Below the pieces are notes generated by a model. It was given only the letters and a program-made list of their open reading frames with translations. It made no database searches and had not been told where the DNA came from. This document shows, in pieces, positions 17,095 to 26,868 of a stretch of DNA of 64,000 nucleotides. The position numbers and the translations under genes are program-made. Each line of letters begins with the position of its first letter. Positions within the stretch are counted from its first letter, which is position 1. Origin of the DNA: an uncultured bacterium (GTDB lineage Bacteria > Krumholzibacteriota > Krumholzibacteriia > LZORAL124-64-63); contig CAVSGO010000007.1 in the NCBI GenBank assembly GCA_963727525.1, forward strand, positions 800,001-864,000. Direction: 5' to 3'.

Positions 17095-18792
17095 ATGAAC
17101 ACTGGCACCGCCGTGAACGTCAGGGACAAGATCGCCAATCGCCTGCTCGAGGCCGGGCTCGTCGACCAGGCCCAGCTCGCGCAGGCGATCGAGCAGCAGA
17201 AGAAGGACGGCGGCACGCTCGGCCAGATCCTCGTGCGCATCGGCGCCGTGGACGAGGCGAGGTACACGGAGTTCCTCGGCAAGGTCTATAATCTGCCGGT
17301 GGTCGATCTCGACAAGCTGCCTGTGGCCGACGACTGCATTGCGCTCATTCCCGCCGACGTGGCCGCGAAGTTCCAGGTGCTGCCGGTGCGGCGTCAGGGC
17401 CGCGTGCTCACCGTCGCCATGGCGAATCCGAGCAACATCTTCGCGATCGACGACATCAAGTTCATCACCAGCCTCGACGTGCGACCGGTGGTGGCGAGCG
17501 AGTTGGCTCTCAAGAAGGCCATCGACAAGTACTACCAGCCCACCGATTCGCTGTCTTCGATCATGGAAGGCATCGAGGACGATATCGAGATCGTCGAGGA
17601 GAGCGACGAGGACGATCTCGGCAACAACGACGCGCAGAACGCGCCGGTGGTGAAGCTCGTCAACACGCTGCTCGCCGAAGCGGTGAAGATTGGCGCCAGC
17701 GATATCCACATCGAACCGTATGAGCGCAGCATGCGCGTGCGCTACCGCATCGACGGCGTGTTGCAGGAAGTGATGGAGCCGCCGATCAAGCTGAAGAACG
17801 CCATCATCAGCCGCCTGAAGATCATGTCCGAGCTGGACATCGCCGAGCGCCGCATCCCGCAGGATGGCCGCATCAAGATCAAGATCGGCGACAAGAAGGT
17901 GGACCTGCGTGTCTCCACCTTGCCCTGCATCTTCGGCGAGAAGGTCGTGATGCGTATCCTCGACAAGGGGAACCTCACCCTCGACCTCGCCAGCTTCGGC
18001 ATGGAAGACAAGGCGCTGCGCGACGTCAACGAGGCGATCGCCAAGCCCTACGGCATGGTGCTCGTCACGGGCCCCACAGGCTCCGGCAAGACGACCACCC
18101 TGTACTCCTGCCTCTCGCGCGTGAACAACATCGACGTCAACATCATGACGGCCGAGGACCCCGTGGAATACAACCTTGACGGCATCAACCAGGTGCAGGT
18201 GCGCGACGAGGTGGGGCTCACCTTCGCCGCCGCGCTCAAGGCCTTCCTGCGGCAGGACCCGAACATCGTGATGGTCGGCGAGATCCGCGATCTCGAGACG
18301 GGCTCCATCGCGGTGAAGGCGGCGCTTACCGGTCACCTCGTGTTTTCGACGCTGCACACCAACGACGCGCCGGCCACCGTGAACCGTATGGTCGACATGG
18401 GCATCGAGCCGTTCCTCGTGGCGTCGTCAACCAACATCATCATGGCCCAGCGCCTCGTGCGCCGGATCTGCAAGGGTTGTCGGGAAGAAGATGCGGTGCC
18501 CCCGGAGGCGCTGTCGGACATCGGCCTCGCCCCGGGCACCAAGGTCTTTAAGGGCAAGGGCTGCGAGAAGTGCAAGGGCTCGGGCTACTCGGGTCGGCAA
18601 GGGCTCTACGAAGTGATGCCCATCACCTCGCGTTTGCGCGAGCTGATCCTCGACCGAGCCTCGACCGCCGAGCTGCGCAAGCAGGCCATCGCGGACGGCA
18701 TGCTCACGCTCCGTCAGGATGGGCTGAAGAAGATCGAACGAGGTATCACGACCATCGCAGAGGTCCTGCGCGAGACCACGGTGCAGGACTAG
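17095..18792 (+). CDS. pilB: Type IVa pilus assembly ATPase
   Basis: MshEN-like N-terminus, ASDIHIEP, GPTGSGKTT, LRQDP, GEIRD, tetracysteine motif. Confidence 0.95.
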   Translation: MNTGTAVNVRDKIANRLLEAGLVDQAQLAQAIEQQKKDGGTLGQILVRIGAVDEARYTEFLGKVYNLPVVDLDKLPVADDCIALIPADVAAKFQVLPVRRQGRVLTVAMANPSNIFAIDDIKFITSLDVRPVVASELALKKAIDKYYQPTDSLSSIMEGIEDDIEIVEESDEDDLGNNDAQNAPVVKLVNTLLAEAVKIGASDIHIEPYERSMRVRYRIDGVLQEVMEPPIKLKNAIISRLKIMSELDIAERRIPQDGRIKIKIGDKKVDLRVSTLPCIFGEKVVMRILDKGNLTLDLASFGMEDKALRDVNEAIAKPYGMVLVTGPTGSGKTTTLYSCLSRVNNIDVNIMTAEDPVEYNLDGINQVQVRDEVGLTFAAALKAFLRQDPNIVMVGEIRDLETGSIAVKAALTGHLVFSTLHTNDAPATVNRMVDMGIEPFLVASSTNIIMAQRLVRRICKGCREEDAVPPEALSDIGLAPGTKVFKGKGCEKCKGSGYSGRQGLYEVMPITSRLRELILDRASTAELRKQAIADGMLTLRQDGLKKIERGITTIAEVLRETTVQD

Positions 18793-18802
18793 GAGGCCAC
18801 AC

Positions 18803-19879
18803 GTGACCGGAATGCGCGAACTTCTCGAGGACATGGTCGCCCGCGGCGCGAGCGACCTGCACCTCACGGCCGGACTCCCCCCGCAGTACCGCGTGGACGG
18901 AAGCATCGAGTCGAGCGACTACGCTGTGCTCACGGGGGAGGACACGCGGCGGCTCGCCTATAGCATCCTCAACGAGGAGCAGAAGAAACGCTTCGAGAAC
19001 GACCGCGAGCTCGACCTCTCCTTCGGTGTGCAGGGGATCAGCCGCTTCCGCGCGAACGTCTTCATCCAGCGCGGAGTGACGAGCATGGCCATCCGGCAGA
19101 TCCCTTACGAGATACACAGCTTCGAGGCACTCGGGCTGCCGCAGGTGTGCCGTGACCTGATCAATCGCAGCCAGGGACTCATCCTGGTGACCGGCCCCAC
19201 CGGTAGCGGCAAGTCGACCACACTGGCCACCATGGTCGACACGATCAACCGTAGCCGCAGCGGCCACATCATCACCATCGAGGACCCGATCGAGTACGTG
19301 CACCAGCACAAGAAGTGCATCGTCAACCAGCGCGAGGTCAACAACGACACCAAGACCTTCGGGGGCGCGCTCAAGTACGTGTTGCGCCAGGATCCCGACG
19401 TCATCCTCATCGGTGAGATGCGCGACCGCGAGACGATCGCGGCGGCCCTCACCATCGCGGAGACGGGCCACCTCGCCCTCGCCACGCTGCACACGAACAG
19501 CACGTTCGAGTCGGTGAACCGTATCATCGACGTATTCCCGGCCGAGCAGCAGAACCAGGTGCGTTCGCAGCTAAGCTTCTGTCTCTCGGGGGTCATCACT
19601 CAGCAGCTCATCCCGCGGGCGAAGGGTTCGGGGCGCGTCCTGTCGCTTGAGATCATGATCTGCACTCCAGCCGTGAAGGCCATGATCCGCGACAACAAGA
19701 CGCATCAGATCTACGGCATCATCCAGGCCGGTCAGAAGTACGGCATGCAGACGATGAATCAGTCGCTCTATCAGGCGTACGAGAATCGCTGGATCTCGCG
19801 CGAAGAGGCCCTCGGACGCAGCATGGACCAATCGGAACTGCTGCAGATGATGGGCGAACCCGCGAAGGTCGGCGTCTAG
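18803..19879 (+). CDS. pilT: Type IV pilus retraction ATPase
   Basis: ASDLHL, GPTGSGKSTT, TIEDPIEY, LRQDPDVILIGEMRD, AIRNLIRE-like AVKAMIRD. Confidence 0.95.
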   Translation: MTGMRELLEDMVARGASDLHLTAGLPPQYRVDGSIESSDYAVLTGEDTRRLAYSILNEEQKKRFENDRELDLSFGVQGISRFRANVFIQRGVTSMAIRQIPYEIHSFEALGLPQVCRDLINRSQGLILVTGPTGSGKSTTLATMVDTINRSRSGHIITIEDPIEYVHQHKKCIVNQREVNNDTKTFGGALKYVLRQDPDVILIGEMRDRETIAAALTIAETGHLALATLHTNSTFESVNRIIDVFPAEQQNQVRSQLSFCLSGVITQQLIPRAKGSGRVLSLEIMICTPAVKAMIRDNKTHQIYGIIQAGQKYGMQTMNQSLYQAYENRWISREEALGRSMDQSELLQMMGEPAKVGV

Positions 19880-19894
19880 TCGGGAGGTCGAGGT

Positions 19895-21112
19895 TTGGCT
19901 GCAACCACCACATACATCTGGAAGGGCCGCAGCGCCAAGGGCGAGGAGCTCAAGGGCGAGTACGTGGCCGAGGATCGGCGCCATGTCGGCGAGTACCTGC
20001 GCAAGCGCCGCATCGTCATCCAGTCGATCCGCAAGAAGCCGAAGGACATCACGCTGTCCTTTTTGCAGAAGAAGGGCGTGTCGGTCAAGGACCTCAGCGT
20101 CTTCACGCGCCAGTTCGCGACCATGGTCAACGCCGGACTGCCGCTCGTGCAGTGTCTCGACGTGCTGGCGCGCCAGCAGACGAAGCCGCACATGAAGGCC
20201 GTCGTCTCCCAGGTCATGATGGACGTGGAGGGTGGGGCCACGCTGGCCGAGGGGCTAGCGAAGGCGCCGAACGTGTTCTCCGAGCTGTATGTCAACATGA
20301 TCGCGGCCGGTGAGACGGGTGGTATCCTCGATACGATCCTGCAACGCCTGGCCGTATTCATGGAGAAAGCCGACGCCCTGCAGCGCAAGATCAAGGGCGC
20401 GATGACCTACCCGGCGATCGTGCTCTTCGTGGCCACGGGCGCCTGCATCTTCATGCTCATCGGCGTGATCCCGATCTTCGCCAAGATGTTCTCCGACTTC
20501 GGCGGCGAGCTGCCGGCACCCACACGCGTGGTCATGGGCATGTCCAACTTCCTGCGCCAGAACTGGTACATTCTGGTGGCCGTGGCGGTCGCGTGCGTCT
20601 TCGCCTACAAGCGCGTGCGCGCGAATCCGCGCGGGCAGTACATCACCGACAAGCTCTTCCTGCGCATCCCGATCATCGGCAACGTCCTGCGCAAGGGTTC
20701 CGTGAGCCGCTTCACGCGCACCCTCGGCACGCTCATCGGTTCGGGCGTGCCCATTCTGCAGGGCCTCGAGATCACCTCCAAGACCTCGGGCAACCGTGTG
20801 CTGCAGGAGGCCATCGAGAACGTGAGCCGCAGCATCAGCCAGGGCGAGACCATCGCGGACCCACTCAAGCGCAGCGGTGTGTTCCCGCCCATGGTGGTGC
20901 AGATGATCGGCATCGGCGAGCAGACCGGCGCCCTCGACGAGATGCTCTCGAAAGTCGCCGACTTCTACGACGACGAGGTGGACGCCGCGGTCGAGGCGCT
21001 CACGGCCGCGATCGAGCCCATCATGATCGTCGTCATGGGTACCATGGTCGGCGGCATGCTGGTCGCCATGTACCTGCCCATGTTCAAGATGGCCAGCGTG
21101 GTCGGAGGCTAA
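19895..21112 (+). CDS. pilC: Type IV pilus platform protein (GspF/PilC)
   Basis: FTRQFATMVNAGLPL, GETGGILD, GEQTGALDEML, AMYLPMF; TTG start after GGAGG. Confidence 0.95.
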   Translation: MAATTTYIWKGRSAKGEELKGEYVAEDRRHVGEYLRKRRIVIQSIRKKPKDITLSFLQKKGVSVKDLSVFTRQFATMVNAGLPLVQCLDVLARQQTKPHMKAVVSQVMMDVEGGATLAEGLAKAPNVFSELYVNMIAAGETGGILDTILQRLAVFMEKADALQRKIKGAMTYPAIVLFVATGACIFMLIGVIPIFAKMFSDFGGELPAPTRVVMGMSNFLRQNWYILVAVAVACVFAYKRVRANPRGQYITDKLFLRIPIIGNVLRKGSVSRFTRTLGTLIGSGVPILQGLEITSKTSGNRVLQEAIENVSRSISQGETIADPLKRSGVFPPMVVQMIGIGEQTGALDEMLSKVADFYDDEVDAAVEALTAAIEPIMIVVMGTMVGGMLVAMYLPMFKMASVVGG

Positions 21113-21113
21113 C

Positions 21114-22769
21114 GTGTTCGACCTCGACGCACGGCGGACCCAGGACCAGACCACGTCGCTCACGGCGTGGCGCGCCCTGCTCGCAATGTTCCTCACAGCC
21201 GCCGGGTTTGTGATCTACGCGCTGAATAGCGACCAGGTGGGCGCGGTCGCGGTGCTGGTATCCCTGATGCCCGTGGCGTTCGGCTTCGCCCTCGAGCCGC
21301 TGGGCGCGCGCGTGGGCTGGCTGCCGCGGCGTCGTCATGCAGTGCAGATCTCCCTCGACGTGCTCGGCATTGCGAGCCTCAGCCTGGTGACGGGTTCGGC
21401 GGTGACGGCGATCCCGGTCTTCTTCTGTGTGCCCATCGTGCTGTCCGCCGGCTGGCTCGGACGCACGGAAGCCGTGGCGGCCGCGGCCTGGGCCGCCCTC
21501 TTCGCCGTGCTCGTGCCGCTGGTGGGGCGTCATCCCGACGCCGCGGCATCGGCGCTGTTCGTGGCCACGGTGCAGGCTGCGGTGTTCCTGGCCATCGGCC
21601 TCGTGGCCGGCGGCCTCGCCGATCGTCTGCAAGCGCGGCGTCGACGTCAGGCGCGCGCAGAGATGTCGATGGCGCGCACCCGCAGCGAGGTGCGCAACAT
21701 CCTCGACAACCTCGGCAGTGGACTCATCACGGTCGATCCCGAGCACCGGATCACGCGCCTCAATCCGGCCGCGCAGCGGATGCTCGGCCTGCCCGGCGAC
21801 GAACCCATCGGCCACGCGCTGAGCGACGTGCTCGGCGACAGCCGCCAGGAACTGGTGGCGTGCATCGATGCGGCGCTCGAGAGCGGTCGGCCGCGCAAGC
21901 GTGCGGAAGTGGAGATCGCTGTCGGCGGTGTGGTCGTTCCGCTAGGCCTGAGCGTCGATTTCCTCGATGACGGCTCGGGGAGCGTGGGCGGTGCGGTGGC
22001 GGTGTTCACCGACCTCACCGAGGTGCGGCGGATGCAGGAACACCTGCGTCGGGCCGATCGGCTCGCCGGTGTCGGCGAGCTCGCGGCGAGCATCGCCCAC
22101 GAGATCCGCAACCCTTTGGCCAGCATCCGCGGCAGCGTGGAGATCCTGGCCGGCGAGCTGGACCTGGAAGGGCATCAGGCGCAGTTGCTGAAGCTCATCC
22201 TCAAGGAGAGCGGCCGCGTCAACAAGATCATCGAGGACTTCCTGAACTTCGCCCGCCTGCGGCCCGCCCAGGCCCGAGCGCTGCCCCTGCCCAGCTTCCT
22301 CGCCGACATCGCCCTGCTCGTGCGCCAGCACGTCACCGCGAGCGACGGCGCGGTGGACGTGCAGTGTACGGTCGACCCGCCCCACCTCGCCGTGCTCGCC
22401 GACCCGGAGCAGCTCATCCAGGTGCTGCTGAACCTGGCGATCAACGGCTGCGAGGCGATGCAGTACCGCGGCGTCCTGAACGTGACGGCTCGCAGCAATG
22501 GCGACTGGTGCATCATCGAGGTGACCGACGAGGGCCCGGGCCTCGACCCGGAGGTCCGTTCGCAGGTCTTCACCCCGTTCGTGACGACGAAGAAGCACGG
22601 CACCGGCCTGGGACTGCCCATGGTCGCGCGCATCGTGCACGGCCACGGCGGTACCGTCGAGGCCAACAACCGCCCGCAGGGCGGCGCCATCTTCACCTTG
22701 CGTCTGCCGCTCGCCCCGGAAGCCGCGCAAACCACGCCGGAGACCCAACCGGCGACGATCTCGCAATGA
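21114..22769 (+). CDS. pilS: Membrane sensor histidine kinase (PilS-like)
   Basis: Multiple TMs, PAS, AHEIRNPL H-box, DEGPG, GTGLGL; position in pil locus. Confidence 0.85.
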   Translation: MFDLDARRTQDQTTSLTAWRALLAMFLTAAGFVIYALNSDQVGAVAVLVSLMPVAFGFALEPLGARVGWLPRRRHAVQISLDVLGIASLSLVTGSAVTAIPVFFCVPIVLSAGWLGRTEAVAAAAWAALFAVLVPLVGRHPDAAASALFVATVQAAVFLAIGLVAGGLADRLQARRRRQARAEMSMARTRSEVRNILDNLGSGLITVDPEHRITRLNPAAQRMLGLPGDEPIGHALSDVLGDSRQELVACIDAALESGRPRKRAEVEIAVGGVVVPLGLSVDFLDDGSGSVGGAVAVFTDLTEVRRMQEHLRRADRLAGVGELAASIAHEIRNPLASIRGSVEILAGELDLEGHQAQLLKLILKESGRVNKIIEDFLNFARLRPAQARALPLPSFLADIALLVRQHVTASDGAVDVQCTVDPPHLAVLADPEQLIQVLLNLAINGCEAMQYRGVLNVTARSNGDWCIIEVTDEGPGLDPEVRSQVFTPFVTTKKHGTGLGLPMVARIVHGHGGTVEANNRPQGGAIFTLRLPLAPEAAQTTPETQPATISQ

Positions 22770-22783
22770 TCGCGGAAGGCCCG

Positions 22784-22810
22784 TCAAGCAGCGCCGCCGC
22801 GTGTCGATAA
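22784..22810 (+). promoter_or_regulatory. Sigma-28-like promoter (TCAA-N15-GTCGATAA) before pilR
   Basis: 7/8 match to GCCGATAA with canonical 15-nt spacing. Confidence 0.6.
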
Positions 22811-22856
22811 CGGGGCACGCCCCAGAGTCTCGCCGATTGCGTAGAGGAGTTTCACG

Positions 22857-24344
22857 ATGTCACAGGGCCGCATCCTGGTCGTCGATGACGAAGAATCCAT
22901 GTGCCAGTACCTGTCGATCCTCCTGAGCAAGGAGGGTTACGAGGTCGCCACCGCCACCTCCGGCGTGGCCGCGCTCCAGCACCTCGAGGGCAACGCGTGC
23001 GACGTGGTCATGACCGATATCCAGATGCCCAAGATGGACGGGATCCAGCTCCTGAAGGGCGTTCGGGCGATCGAACCGGGCATGCCCGTGGTCATCATGA
23101 CCGCTTACGCCACGGAGCAGACGGCGATCGACGCGGTGAACCTGGGCGCCTTCTCGTACCTGCAGAAGCATTGCAAGAATGACGACATCAAGATGGTCGT
23201 CCGCAACGCGCTGCAGCTGCGTCGCGCGGAGTCGGAGAACAAGCTGCTACGCCGCGAGCTGAAGGGCAAGAAGAGCCGCCAGCGCATCATCGGCCAGAGC
23301 ATGCGCATGCGCGCGGTCTTCAAGATGATCGACAAGATCGCTGGTACGCCGGCCACCGTGCTCATCAACGGCGACAGCGGCACCGGCAAGGAACTCGTGG
23401 CGCGGGCGATCCACGACCGCAGCCGCCGCGCGGGCGGGGCCTTCGTGGCGATCAACTGCGGGGCGATCCCGGAAACCCTGCTCGAGAGCCAGCTCTTCGG
23501 CCACGTGCGCGGCTCGTTCACCGGGGCCGACCGGGACCACGACGGCTTCTGCCAGCAGGCCAACGGCGGCACCATCTTCCTGGACGAGATCGGCGAGATG
23601 CCCCAGAGCACCCAGGTCAAGCTGCTGCGCATGCTCCAGGAGCGCGAGGTGATCCCCGTGGGTAGCTCCACGCCGGTGAAGGTGGACCTGCGGGTGATCG
23701 CGGCCACCAACCGCGATCTCGAGGCCGGCGTCGCGGCAGGCAACTTCCGCACCGATCTCTACTTCCGCCTCAACGTGATCCCTCTCGAACTGCCGCCCCT
23801 GCGCGACCGTACCGAGGACATCCCGCTGCTCGTCGACCACTTCCTGCGTCGCTGCTGCCCCGACGACTACAAGGGCAATCTCAGCACGATGATGGACGAC
23901 GACACGATGCGTGCCCTGCAGAACTACGAGTGGCCGGGCAATGTGCGCGAGCTGGAGAACGTGATCGAACGCGTCAGCATCATGCGCGACGGCCCCCGGG
24001 TCACCCTGCGCGACCTACCCGCCATGATCGCTCAGCCCGGCGCAGAGATGGAACCCTCCCACACTCTGGTGGGCGGCATGGTCACCCTGGAGGAGCTGGA
24101 GAAGGCCCACATCCTCAAGGTGCTCGAGGCCGTGGGCGGTCACAAGAAGCGCGCGGCCGAGGTGCTGGCGATCAACCCCTCGACCCTCTATCGCAAGCTC
24201 CTGCGCTATGGCGTGAACGACATGACAGACGAGGATCGCGCCGAGTTCGGATGCGACGAAACGGACGCCATGGTGGCCGCGGTGGAGGCCTTGCGCGCCG
24301 TGGAGTCGGAGGAGTCGGAAGAAAATTCCCTGGTCGGCCATTAA
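22857..24344 (+). CDS. pilR: Sigma-54-dependent response regulator (PilR-like)
   Basis: REC domain, GDSGTGKE, GSFTGA, FLDEIGE, WPGNVRELEN, Fis-type HTH. Confidence 0.88.
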   Translation: MSQGRILVVDDEESMCQYLSILLSKEGYEVATATSGVAALQHLEGNACDVVMTDIQMPKMDGIQLLKGVRAIEPGMPVVIMTAYATEQTAIDAVNLGAFSYLQKHCKNDDIKMVVRNALQLRRAESENKLLRRELKGKKSRQRIIGQSMRMRAVFKMIDKIAGTPATVLINGDSGTGKELVARAIHDRSRRAGGAFVAINCGAIPETLLESQLFGHVRGSFTGADRDHDGFCQQANGGTIFLDEIGEMPQSTQVKLLRMLQEREVIPVGSSTPVKVDLRVIAATNRDLEAGVAAGNFRTDLYFRLNVIPLELPPLRDRTEDIPLLVDHFLRRCCPDDYKGNLSTMMDDDTMRALQNYEWPGNVRELENVIERVSIMRDGPRVTLRDLPAMIAQPGAEMEPSHTLVGGMVTLEELEKAHILKVLEAVGGHKKRAAEVLAINPSTLYRKLLRYGVNDMTDEDRAEFGCDETDAMVAAVEALRAVESEESEENSLVGH

Positions 24345-24476
24345 CTGGCACGGGTTGCCGGGAATCCGGCATCCTGCACGCGCGAATCGCTGATAATGCA
24401 CGGCAAGAGAACGCGCGTGAATATATAAGTTGCTGTGGAGCATTGCGTTGCCGCGGAAGGCGGGCCCGCCGAAACC

Positions 24477-24492
24477 TGGCACGGCCATTGCA
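24477..24492 (+). promoter_or_regulatory. Sigma-54 promoter of pilA (TGGCACG-GCCA-TTGCA)
   Basis: Exact -24/-12 consensus, downstream of pilR. Confidence 0.85.
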
Positions 24493-24573
24493 AACACACC
24501 ACCGGCATCAGCGGACACCCGGGGGCACGGGGCCCTCAACCCTGGTCGCAATGACCGGAACAAGGAGGAAGGC

Positions 24574-24975
24574 ATGAATCGCAAGGGCTTTACGTTGATT
24601 GAGCTCATGATCGTGGTCGTCATCATCGGCATCCTGGCCGCCATCGCGATCCCCAACTTCATCGCCATGCAGGACCGCGCCAAGGAAGCCAAGGTCAAGA
24701 GCGCCGCGCACACCACGCAGCTCGCGGCCGAGGACTGGGCCGTGCGGAACGATGGCATCTACGGCGTCATCGGTGACCTGACCGCGCTGTTCCCCGGCGG
24801 CGTGCTGCTCGACAACGCGTTCACCGGCAACGCGACCGAGCCTTCGGCTGCCGTGGCCGCGGCTGCTGGCCAGATCGGCTACGCGCCGACGGTCCAGGGC
24901 GGCGTGAACGTGGGCTACACGATCACCGGCTTCGGCAAGATTGCCACGGTGATCACGCTGTCCAGCGGCTCCTAG
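24574..24975 (+). CDS. pilA: Type IVa major pilin
   Basis: MNRKG/FTLIELMIVVVIIGILAAIAIPNF class III signal; AAGGAGG RBS. Confidence 0.93.
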   Translation: MNRKGFTLIELMIVVVIIGILAAIAIPNFIAMQDRAKEAKVKSAAHTTQLAAEDWAVRNDGIYGVIGDLTALFPGGVLLDNAFTGNATEPSAAVAAAAGQIGYAPTVQGGVNVGYTITGFGKIATVITLSSGS

Positions 24976-24996
24976 TCGATTCGCAGTCCAGCACCC

Positions 24997-25032
24997 GAGA
25001 CGGACCCCCTCCCACGGGGTCCGTCTCTCTTG
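24997..25032 (+). terminator. Stem-loop terminator after pilA
   Basis: 12-bp perfect stem GAGACGGACCCC/GGGGTCCGTCTC followed by TCTT. Confidence 0.7.
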
Positions 25033-25035
25033 GTG

Positions 25036-25051
25036 TGGCACGTCTGTTGCC
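25036..25051 (+). promoter_or_regulatory. Sigma-54 promoter candidate before the ABC genes (TGGCACG-TCTG-TTGCC)
   Basis: Correct GG-N10-GC spacing, directly after the pilA terminator. Confidence 0.65.
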
Positions 25052-25102
25052 ACGGTAGGAGCGGAACGCCGGATACCGACGACATTCAGCCGCGAGGACG
25101 TC

Positions 25103-26092
25103 ATGATCGACACCACGGTGACCAGAAACCAGGCAGAGCCGACCGCCGCGGTCGCGCCCCGGACGGCCTCGGCCCTGGTCGTCAACGACCTTCACAAGAC
25201 CTATCGCCAGGGCTTCTGGGGGCGGCGGGCGAAGCCGGCGGTGGCCGGCGTGAGCTTCGCCGTGCCGCGCGGCTCGGTCTTCGCCCTGCTGGGGCACAAC
25301 GGGGCGGGCAAGACGACGACGATGAAGGCCCTGCTGGGGCTCATTCGCCCCGACCGCGGCACGCTGACGATCGAGGGTGTGGATGCGAACCGTCCGGCGT
25401 CGCGTGCACGGGTGGGCTACCTGCCCGAGTCGCCGCACTTTCCCGAGAATCTCAGCGTGCGCGAGTTGCTCGACTACTATGGTCGGTTGTACACGATGCC
25501 CGCCGCGCAGCGCCGCGCGCGTATCGATGCGTGCCTCGCGCAGGTGCAGATGAGCGAGTTCGCGGGCCGGCGCGTGGGCGCGTGTTCCAAGGGCATGCGC
25601 CAGCGCGTCGGGCTCGCCCAGGCCCTGCTCAACGAACCCGCGGTGCTGATCCTCGACGAGCCGCAATCGGGCCTCGATCCGCTCGGGCGCAAGCAGGTGC
25701 GTGAGATCCTGCTCGCGCAGAAACGCGCCGGCGTCACCATCCTCTTCTCTTCCCACATCGTGCCCGATGTGGAGGCGGTGGCCGACCAGGTGGCCATGCT
25801 GCACCATGGTCGGCTCACCGAGATTCGCGACCTGGCCCATACCGGCGCAGCCACGCGCTATCGTGCGCGTATTCGCCGTCCGGCCGCCGGCAGCGAAGCC
25901 GCGCGGCTGCTGGCGGGGTGCACCGTCGACGAGCTCGACGCCCAGCGCTGCGACGTCACGGTTGCCGACGCTGGCGAACTGGGCAACCTGCTCGTCGCCT
26001 GCGCCGCCGACGCCGTCGAGGTACTCCACGTGGCCAGCGTGGACACCGATCTCGAGAGCGACTTCCTCGCGAAGCTGGGGGTGGGGTCATGA
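25103..26092 (+). CDS. ABC transporter ATP-binding protein (Myxococcus PilH-like)
   Basis: GHNGAGKTT, CSKGMRQR signature, ILDEP, SSH. Confidence 0.88.
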   Translation: MIDTTVTRNQAEPTAAVAPRTASALVVNDLHKTYRQGFWGRRAKPAVAGVSFAVPRGSVFALLGHNGAGKTTTMKALLGLIRPDRGTLTIEGVDANRPASRARVGYLPESPHFPENLSVRELLDYYGRLYTMPAAQRRARIDACLAQVQMSEFAGRRVGACSKGMRQRVGLAQALLNEPAVLILDEPQSGLDPLGRKQVREILLAQKRAGVTILFSSHIVPDVEAVADQVAMLHHGRLTEIRDLAHTGAATRYRARIRRPAAGSEAARLLAGCTVDELDAQRCDVTVADAGELGNLLVACAADAVEVLHVASVDTDLESDFLAKLGVGS

Positions 26093-26868
26093 TGACGGAA
26101 TCCCTGGCACGTGTGGCTGCCGTGGCCGACGGCACCTTCCGCGAGGCGGTGCGCGACCGGCTCTTTGCCCTCGTCGGGTTCTTCGGGCTGCTGCTCGTGG
26201 CCGCCACCACGGTGCTTGCGCCGCTCACCGTGGGCGCGCAGGCCAAGATCGTGGCCGACGTCGGCCTGGCCGGCATGGCGCTCTTCGGACTGCTCGTCGT
26301 GGTGCTCGTGGGCAGCAATCTCGTGCGCAAGGAGATCGACCGCCGCACCCTCGTCACCGTGCTCACCAAGCCGGTGGCGCGCACCGAGTACCTGCTGGGC
26401 AAGTACGCGGGGCTCGCGCTCACGGTGCTGGTCATGCTCGCGCTGATGGGCCTGATCTATCTGGGCGCGGTGGCGCTCACGCCGGCCACCCTGAGCGGGA
26501 CGCTGGCGAGTGCGATGGTGCTGGTCTTCCTCGAGCTGCTGGTGCTGACGGCGGCGGCGCTCACGTTCTCCCTGCTCGTCTCGCCGGCCCTGGCCGCCGT
26601 GTTCTCGCTCGCGTTCTACGCGATCGGTCACCTGAGCACGTCGTTGCTGGCCTTCGGCGAGATGGGTGGTCCCGGGTTGCGCCGCACCGTGTGCCGCGCC
26701 GTATTCGCGGTGCTGCCCAACCTCGAGTTCTTCAATCGCCGCGCGGACGTGGTGCACGGCGACCCCGTCGGTCTGGGTTATCTCGGGCTGGCCGCGCTCT
26801 ACGCCGGCGTGTACGTGATGCTCTTCCTGCTCCTGGCCCGCGCGCTCTTTGCGCGCAAGGAACTGTGA
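26089..26868 (+). CDS. ABC-2 permease (Myxococcus PilI-like)
   Basis: TFREAVRDR, KEIDRRTL..VLTKPVAR..YLLGKY, multiple TMs; ATGA overlap. Confidence 0.85.
   Translation: MMTESLARVAAVADGTFREAVRDRLFALVGFFGLLLVAATTVLAPLTVGAQAKIVADVGLAGMALFGLLVVVLVGSNLVRKEIDRRTLVTVLTKPVARTEYLLGKYAGLALTVLVMLALMGLIYLGAVALTPATLSGTLASAMVLVFLELLVLTAAALTFSLLVSPALAAVFSLAFYAIGHLSTSLLAFGEMGGPGLRRTVCRAVFAVLPNLEFFNRRADVVHGDPVGLGYLGLAALYAGVYVMLFLLLARALFARKEL

Noticed and set aside
24346-24358. TGGCACGGGTTGC, sigma-54-like
   Set aside because: GG-to-GC spacing is 2 nt too short
24574-24975. Conductive e-pilin
   Set aside because: Full-length pilin with only 9 aromatic residues (F/W/Y) in 128 aa; not the short aromatic-dense Geobacter type
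25701-26867. N-terminal extensions given by the ORF track (622-aa, 479-aa coaD, 559-aa, 463-aa fabD, 420-aa parA versions)
   Set aside because: They overlap upstream genes out of frame; better starts lie at coupled ATG/GTG codons downstream, so these are not fusions
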